From Octopus bimaculoides (Eukaryota), in contig NC_068989.1 in assembly GCF_001194135.2 (NCBI RefSeq), positions 67,387,946-67,451,945 of the forward strand: a DNA stretch of 64,000 nt. Direction: 5' to 3'. The translations under genes and the position numbers were made by a program. The notes under the pieces are model-generated. The model was given only the letters and a program-made list of their open reading frames with translations. It had not been told where the DNA came from and searched no databases. Shown piece after piece: positions 62,201 through 64,000 of the stretch (the first letter of the stretch is position 1; each line of letters begins with the position of its first letter).

Positions 62201-63641
62201 TGTGATTGTTGTAAATGTATGTCATTCATTTACAATATTTTGTGGAAACCTAACTATGGGGAAATATTACCTTCTTTGGAAGCAGATGAAGGTTGGTGTC
62301 AAAGAAGGGCTTCTATCTATAGAAAATCCACTTCTGTAAATTCTATCCATCTGTAAAATTAGACATTAAAATGATGATGATTTACAATGTCTTGGATCGC
62401 TAATATTTTCTATTACTCCCATTTCTCAAAGTCCTTTGTTTTCAAGGGGCATTAACATTTATTCCATCTTTGATTATGCAAATTACATTGCAAGTCACTT
62501 ATCAGCTTGCCAGGTAACTGATACACCTCTTGGAAATTAATTCCAATGTTACACTGGATAGTCTCTTAGCATTTTGTTTTTTAAATCATCATAATATGAT
62601 TTAATACTAACACTTCCATTTATTGTTCATTCCCACAACTTTCTAGTTCAGTTCTTTCATTATAAATTGCAATCTGTTTATCAGATGGCTTGAACACTTG
62701 ACTATAAAATTGTGAGACGTTAAAGAATAGAAATTTGCTATATAAAATTGTGGCACACTTTTTGGAATTCTTGTGATTTTAGAATTATTGTAGGTTTGTC
62801 AAAATGAATTTTGTTTTCAGTTTGTGCATAGATCTGCTTGCTTAAGGAGACCTGGTAACTTCTGGAAAAATCTGTATCCTAACAATTAAACTCCCAAGTA
62901 ACTCTGTTTAAATATAAGTTTTCCTAGATTATTTCCCTGTGACTTGCTTTTAATCACTTTGATTAAGATGGTTGTTTTTTTTAATTTCATAATCTGCTGT
63001 TTAGTTTGTTGTCCTAATGCCAGCTACAATTGTGGTTAAAATATCTTAAGAAAACTTTGAATTGTAGTAAAGAAACTGATAAATGGTGATCATTGTAGAA
63101 ATGTGGATCTAGAGGTATTCTTGTTACAAAAATGTCATAGTTTATTGATTGTAAAAATTGGATTTCTACTGAAGTGACTCAGTATACTGTCCAAAATGAT
63201 AAATTGGTTTTAAATTCCACTGAACTGTTACAAGAATTATTTTAAAAAACAATATAGTTTAATTGTGGTGCCATTCAGTCAGAGAGACTTTTAAGATGTT
63301 CTGAATAGTAAGATGGCGTACTATAGTTTTGTACAGTAATTTGAAGCTTGTAAACAAAATCAAGGTCTTATTTTAGGACTTAAAATTTTGTGATTAAATC
63401 CATAATAGATAATAAATAGGAATACTTGTAATTAGTCTTCATATTCAACTTCAGTTTCTCTTTAGGAATTTAAGTGTTTTGTGACATTCTTAATTGCAGA
63501 GGTCCGGCCAATGAATGGTATGATGCATTGTGTATCCATATGAGAAACAGCAAATCTGTGCGCAGCTGGTTTGTGCATAATGTTTTATTTGCTCATACCA
63601 ATCGCTTTGCAGAATACCTTTTGGAATGCCCCAGTTCAGAG
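3647..63641 (+). CDS. USP9X: Ubiquitin carboxyl-terminal hydrolase USP9X/FAF orthologue, partial multi-exon gene (38 visible exons plus 1 inferred in a gap; start and stop outside the window)
   Basis: Manually spliced exons give a continuous ORF matching USP9X as I recall it ([79 protein letters not shown]). All introns are GT-AG and all phases are consistent except across the 57359-58194 gap. Confidence 0.97.
4597..4687 (+). mobile_element. 91-bp mini-Helitron
   Basis: A|TCTCTATATATAAAG 5' end; CCCGG-GCAACG-CCGGG hairpin at 4660-4675; CTAG|T 3' end; no TSD. Confidence 0.72.
5346..5444 (+). CDS. USP9X: USP9X exon w2
   Basis: [33 protein letters not shown]; AG/GT, phase 0/0. Confidence 0.96.
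6441..6812 (+). mobile_element. tRNA-derived SINE family 1, tail type A
   Basis: Box A-like TGGCTGTGTGG, box B-like GGTTCAGTCCC, core GGGCAAGTGTCTTC...GGAAACTGAAAGAAGCC, internal (TA)n/(TG)n, tail ending AAATAAAAGAATA. Confidence 0.85.
6832..7095 (+). mobile_element. 5'-truncated RTE LINE 3' UTR copy
   Basis: Reverse-complement match to 1000-1275 (GACCCATCAAGCCAAG..., AGGAAGGGCATCC, ACATTAAATTATGATGA). Confidence 0.8.
7195..7800 (-). mobile_element. CR1-like LINE 3' fragment
   Basis: Minus strand reads [13 protein letters not shown]...[10 protein letters not shown] and, in another frame, [10 protein letters not shown], typical of the CR1 ORF2 C-terminus; frameshifted. Confidence 0.7.
7936..8043 (+). 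CDS. USP9X: USP9X exon w3
   Basis: [36 protein letters not shown]; AG/GT, phase 0/0. Confidence 0.96.
8178..8563 (+). mobile_element. SINE family 1, tail type B (RTE-like tail)
   Basis: Family-1 head and core, then GGAAATATT..CCTTGCTT.GAAACA.GTGA.GGTTG..GACAGGAAGGGCATC...ATGATGAT. Similar copies at about 10315-10712, 11585-11988, 23190-23600, 26701-27145 (+) and 31925-32324, 55920-56160 (-). Confidence 0.8.
8984..9325 (-). mobile_element. tRNA-derived SINE family 3, full length
   Basis: Head GTGAAGGCGCATGGCTCAGTGGTTAGAGC (minus strand), TTTAC-type tail, 9-bp TSD AGAAGTGTA at 8975-8983 and 9326-9334. Confidence 0.88.
10108..10224 (+). CDS. USP9X: USP9X exon w4
   Basis: [39 protein letters not shown]; AG/GTaagt, phase 0/0. 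Confidence 0.96.
11073..11360 (+). mobile_element. Head-to-tail dimer of the SINE family 3 head and core
   Basis: Two consecutive ~140-bp units, each with a TGGCTCAGTGGTT-like box A and GAGCAAAACACTTCATTT..ACTCAGCTGTAGAAATGAG. Confidence 0.75.
12286..12436 (+). CDS. USP9X: USP9X exon w5
   Basis: [50 protein letters not shown]; phase 0/1. Confidence 0.94.
13961..15480 (-). mobile_element. Array of 7 diverged head-to-tail SINE family 2 copies separated by (TAA)n
   Basis: Each unit contains GAAAGGATGAAAGGCAAAGTTGACCT..GAATTTGAACTCAGAA-like sequence; units start at about 13961, 14190, 14348, 14585, 14814, 14987 and 15251. Confidence 0.88.
15644..15731 (+). CDS. USP9X: USP9X exon w6
   Basis: (E)[28 protein letters not shown](R); phase 1/2. 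Confidence 0.94.
16217..16428. mobile_element. piggyBac-like MITE family P1
   Basis: TTAA|CCCTTTTG...CAAAAGGG|TTAA. Other copies at 17384-17602, 23772-23982, 36726-36928, 44930-45149, 49944-50159 (reversed) and about 56840-57046 (reversed, interrupted). Confidence 0.82.
17696..17747 (+). CDS. USP9X: USP9X exon w7
   Basis: [17 protein letters not shown]; aaAG acceptor, GTatta donor, phase 2/0. Confidence 0.94.
20259..20959. mobile_element. TIR element with 8-bp TSD (Merlin-like MITE), spanning an N gap
   Basis: Perfect 28-bp TIR GGATCTTGTTCAAAACGGGGGCACCAGT (20259-20286 / 20932-20959); TSD AGATAATG at 20251-20258 and 20960-20967. The superfamily call is less certain than the element. Confidence 0.85.
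21197..21268 (+). CDS. USP9X: USP9X exon w8
   Basis: [24 protein letters not shown]; phase 0/0. Confidence 0.95.
21311..21650. mobile_element. piggyBac-like MITE family P2: full copy 21311-21532 plus an abutting partial copy
   Basis: CCCTTTAGCATT...AATGCTAAAGGG|TTAA termini. Other copies at 34294-34513 (TTAA on both sides) and partial at about 41335-41500. Confidence 0.8.
21659..22074 (+). mobile_element. Two tandem SINE family 2 copies
   Basis: Each has a GCAGAATC head, a GAGGTTGACTTT..TTTCATCC-like core and a ..AATTTGAAAC-like end; the second has an ATT tail. Confidence 0.75.
22122..22380 (+). repeat. 26-bp minisatellite, 10 diverged units
   Basis: Consensus about GCACCTGTGCTGGTGACATGCAAAAG. 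Confidence 0.85.
22930..23033 (+). CDS. USP9X: USP9X exon w9
   Basis: [34 protein letters not shown](N); phase 0/2. Confidence 0.95.
24847..24964 (+). CDS. USP9X: USP9X exon w10
   Basis: [39 protein letters not shown]; phase 2/0. Confidence 0.95.
25332..25639 (+). CDS. USP9X: USP9X exon w11
   Basis: [48 protein letters not shown]...[29 protein letters not shown](R); phase 0/2. Confidence 0.95.
25728..26541. mobile_element. Fold-back MITE with ~290-bp inverted arms and a TTAGGG-like core
   Basis: Arms at about 25728-26015 and 26237-26541 are reverse complements; termini (A/G)GATC...GATCC; subterminal sequence shared with 20790-20930. Confidence 0.85.
27221..27615 (-). mobile_element. SINE family 1 (tail A), full length with 19-bp TSD
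   Basis: TSD TTCAAATTTATATCATATT at 27202-27220 and 27616-27634; head, core, microsatellite and tail A all intact. Confidence 0.92.
27943..28183 (+). CDS. USP9X: USP9X exon w12 (ubiquitin-like domain)
   Basis: [45 protein letters not shown]...[13 protein letters not shown]; phase 2/0. Confidence 0.95.
28334..28539 (+). mobile_element. SINE family 2 solo copy
   Basis: AAATCGTTAGCATGCC head, GAGTTCAAATTCC box B, core at 28422-28471. Confidence 0.82.
28896..29033 (+). CDS. USP9X: USP9X exon w13
   Basis: [46 protein letters not shown]; phase 0/0. Confidence 0.95.
29866..30205 (-). mobile_element. Young RTE 3' UTR subfamily copy
   Basis: CATCGTTTAA.GTCCGCTTTCCATGCTAGCATGGGTTGGACG start. Closely similar copies at 51558-51722, 57047-57358 and 60399-60745, all on the minus strand. 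Confidence 0.82.
30649..30769 (+). CDS. USP9X: USP9X exon w14
   Basis: [40 protein letters not shown]; phase 0/1. Confidence 0.92.
31256..31769 (+). mobile_element. 5'-truncated R4/Dong-like non-LTR retrotransposon (restriction-like endonuclease domain plus 3' UTR) inside (TAA)n
   Basis: Uninterrupted frame 31256-31672: [65 protein letters not shown]; TAA runs at 31236-31255 and 31770-31813. Confidence 0.85.
32683..32810 (+). CDS. USP9X: USP9X exon w15
   Basis: (D)[42 protein letters not shown]; phase 1/0. Confidence 0.92.
32968..33030 (+). CDS. USP9X: USP9X exon w16
   Basis: [21 protein letters not shown]; phase 0/0. Confidence 0.94.
34644..34735 (+). CDS. USP9X: USP9X exon w17
   Basis: [30 protein letters not shown](R); phase 0/2. 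Confidence 0.94.
34830..35720 (-). mobile_element. Decayed Ty3/Gypsy pol fragment (protease C-terminus and RT)
   Basis: Minus strand [75 protein letters not shown]; stops and frameshifts; no LTR seen. Confidence 0.82.
36232..36469 (+). CDS. USP9X: USP9X exon w18
   Basis: [29 protein letters not shown]...[24 protein letters not shown]; phase 2/0. Confidence 0.93.
37700..38260. repeat. Degenerate CT-rich low-complexity tract (a similar GA-rich tract lies at 50860-51180)
   Basis: Strong pyrimidine strand bias, no credible ORF. Confidence 0.55.
38597..38722 (+). CDS. USP9X: USP9X exon w19
   Basis: [42 protein letters not shown]; phase 0/0. Confidence 0.93.
38858..39018 (+). CDS. USP9X: USP9X exon w20
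   Basis: [53 protein letters not shown](R); phase 0/2. Confidence 0.94.
39188..39296 (+). CDS. USP9X: USP9X exon w21
   Basis: [36 protein letters not shown]; phase 2/0. Confidence 0.94.
39889..39944 (+). CDS. USP9X: USP9X exon w22
   Basis: [18 protein letters not shown](R); phase 0/2. Confidence 0.92.
41579..41669 (+). CDS. USP9X: USP9X exon w23
   Basis: [30 protein letters not shown]; phase 2/0. Confidence 0.94.
43337..43483 (+). CDS. USP9X: USP9X exon w24
   Basis: [49 protein letters not shown]; phase 0/0. Confidence 0.94.
43599..43806 (+). CDS. USP9X: USP9X exon w25
   Basis: [32 protein letters not shown]...[15 protein letters not shown]; phase 0/1. Confidence 0.94.
45345..45481 (+). 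CDS. USP9X: USP9X exon w26 (USP Cys box; catalytic Cys codon 45455-45457)
   Basis: (D)[45 protein letters not shown]; phase 1/0. Confidence 0.97.
46057..46158 (+). CDS. USP9X: USP9X exon w27
   Basis: [34 protein letters not shown]; phase 0/0. Confidence 0.94.
46806..46981 (+). CDS. USP9X: USP9X exon w28
   Basis: [15 protein letters not shown]...[36 protein letters not shown](K); phase 0/2. Confidence 0.95.
47205..47443 (-). mobile_element. SINE family 3 head with an alternative tail, flanked by 12-bp direct repeats
   Basis: CTCAAGAACACAACAC core (reversed); ATGTGATCACGT at 47193-47204 and 47444-47455. Confidence 0.7.
47821..47905. repeat. Compound (AC)n(CT)n microsatellite at the end of a SINE family 1 tail A copy (47545-47820)
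   Basis: Read directly. Confidence 0.9.
48088..48261 (+). CDS. USP9X: USP9X exon w29
   Basis: [30 protein letters not shown]...[15 protein letters not shown](R), containing the first CxxC of the zinc finger; phase 2/2. Confidence 0.97.
48550..48805 (+). mobile_element. RTE 3' UTR fragment with several GCCACGTAAAAAGCACC subunits
   Basis: GTGGTTGGCATTAGGAAGAGCATTC...GATGTTAAATGATGATGAT tail. Similar + strand tails at about 5730-5881, 38330-38550 and 40900-41145. Confidence 0.7.
49027..49168 (+). CDS. USP9X: USP9X exon w30
   Basis: [47 protein letters not shown], containing the second CxxC; phase 2/0. Confidence 0.97.
50225..50310 (+). CDS. USP9X: USP9X exon w31
   Basis: [28 protein letters not shown](R); phase 0/2. 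Confidence 0.96.
50436..50527 (+). CDS. USP9X: USP9X exon w32
   Basis: [30 protein letters not shown]; phase 2/1. Confidence 0.96.
52177..52201 (+). repeat. Interstitial (TTAGGG)n telomere-like repeat, about 4 units
   Basis: GGTTAGGGTTAGGGTTAGGGTTAGG. Confidence 0.85.
52407..52527 (+). CDS. USP9X: USP9X exon w33 (USP His box; catalytic His codon 52502-52504)
   Basis: (G)[39 protein letters not shown](R); phase 1/2. Confidence 0.97.
52770..53562 (-). mobile_element. Internally deleted Tc1/mariner (maT/DD37D-like) element in a TA run
   Basis: TIRs GTGTCCCAAAATTAAGGCAACC (52770-52791) and GGTTGCCTTAATTCCTGGACACCCTG|TA (53537-53564); minus-strand relic with HTH, SIRKLA, LLFTDEK and [11 protein letters not shown]. 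Confidence 0.85.
53640..54200 (-). mobile_element. Old decayed RTE-like ORF2 C-terminal fragment
   Basis: Minus strand KIWSS and [12 protein letters not shown] motifs; heavily disrupted. Confidence 0.4.
54922..54975. repeat. (CA)n microsatellite within a minus-strand SINE family 1 remnant
   Basis: Read directly. Confidence 0.9.
55307..55385 (+). CDS. USP9X: USP9X exon w34 (catalytic Asp region)
   Basis: [26 protein letters not shown]; phase 2/0. Confidence 0.96.
56552..56601. repeat. (TA)n microsatellite
   Basis: Read directly. Confidence 0.9.
57359..58194. other. Assembly gap (N); other gaps at 1996-2008, 4047-4496, about 13604-13613, about 16898-16907, 20427-20765, 51405-51557 and 52622-52720
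   Basis: N runs. Confidence 0.98.
58828..58940 (+). CDS. USP9X: USP9X exon w36 (w35 missing, inferred in gap)
   Basis: [37 protein letters not shown]; phase 2/1. Confidence 0.95.
59168..59260. repeat. (CT)n microsatellite following a SINE family 1 head (59044-59167)
   Basis: Read directly. Confidence 0.9.
60056..60231 (+). CDS. USP9X: USP9X exon w37
   Basis: (I)[58 protein letters not shown]; phase 1/0. Confidence 0.94.
61563..61654 (+). CDS. USP9X: USP9X exon w38
   Basis: [30 protein letters not shown](R); aaAG acceptor, phase 0/2. Confidence 0.93.
61786..62381 (+). mobile_element. Chimeric SINE family 1: head and core, then tail A, then tail B
   Basis: Tail A motifs (GGCAAAAGAGAC..CTGGGGTCGATTTGTTC) at about 61985-62120, then a (TG)n-type run and tail B to ATGATGATGA. 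Confidence 0.7.
63500..63641 (+). CDS. USP9X: USP9X exon w39
   Basis: [47 protein letters not shown]; phase 2/0, GTgagt donor. Confidence 0.95.
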
Positions 63642-63756
63642 GTGAGTTCATGAATTAGCATAACAAACTACCTAATTAATTTATTGTTGTTTATATTTAA
63701 CTTTATATAATTCATAGACTTAATTAGATCAATATTTAATTTAAGAATATTCATAC

Positions 63757-64000
63757 TAGGCGCAGGTGGCTGTGTAGTAAGTATAGGTGCAGGAGTGGCT
63801 GTGTGGTAAGCATAGGCACAGGAGTAGCTGTGTGGTAAGTCGCTTCCTTACCAACCACATGGTTCCGGGTTCAGTCCCACTATGTGGCATCTTGGGCAAG
63901 TGTCTTCTACTATAGCCTTGGGCCGACCAAAGCCTTGTGAGTGGATTTGGTAGACGGAAACTGAAAGAAGCCTGTCGTATATATGTATGTATATATATAT
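63757..64000 (+). mobile_element. SINE family 1 with a triplicated 5' end, running off the window
   Basis: Three tandem TAGG(C/T)GCAGG..GGCTGTGTGGTAAG-like units at 63757, 63784 and 63813, then a near-consensus body. Confidence 0.88.

Noticed and set aside
1141-62356. The many short 60-130 aa ORFs in SINE and intron sequence
   Set aside because: They are antisense or out-of-frame translations of repeats or exon read-throughs with no independent coding signal. Only the USP9X exons and TE-derived frames are supported.

Overview
Eukaryotic, AT-rich, gap-containing genomic DNA. The repeat landscape (tRNA-derived SINEs with internal microsatellites, RTE LINE tails ending in (GAT)n) suggests an octopus or related coleoid; this is an inference, not a database match. 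The window lies inside one large + strand gene, the ubiquitin-specific protease USP9X/fat facets (faf) orthologue, with its start and stop codons outside the window. I traced 38 GT-AG coding exons (3647-63641, 4873 nt) covering the UBL-like domain and the USP Cys box, zinc finger, His box and catalytic Asp. Splice phases match at every junction except one, which implies a further ~65-nt exon hidden in the N gap at 57359-58194. The introns hold many mobile elements: RTE, CR1-like and R4/Dong-like LINE fragments, a Gypsy pol relic, three modular SINE families, piggyBac-like (TTAA) MITEs, Merlin-like MITEs, a maT-like Tc1/mariner deletion derivative and a 91-bp mini-Helitron. I found no prokaryotic features, CRISPR arrays or true tRNA/rRNA genes. 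I see no clearly new biological system. The most interesting signals are an R4/Dong-like element in a TAA microsatellite, a stack of seven SINEs joined by TAA runs, a PHD finger inside an RTE reverse transcriptase, and long intronic fold-backs next to exons that could be ADAR substrates. Exon labels w1-w39 are window-relative.
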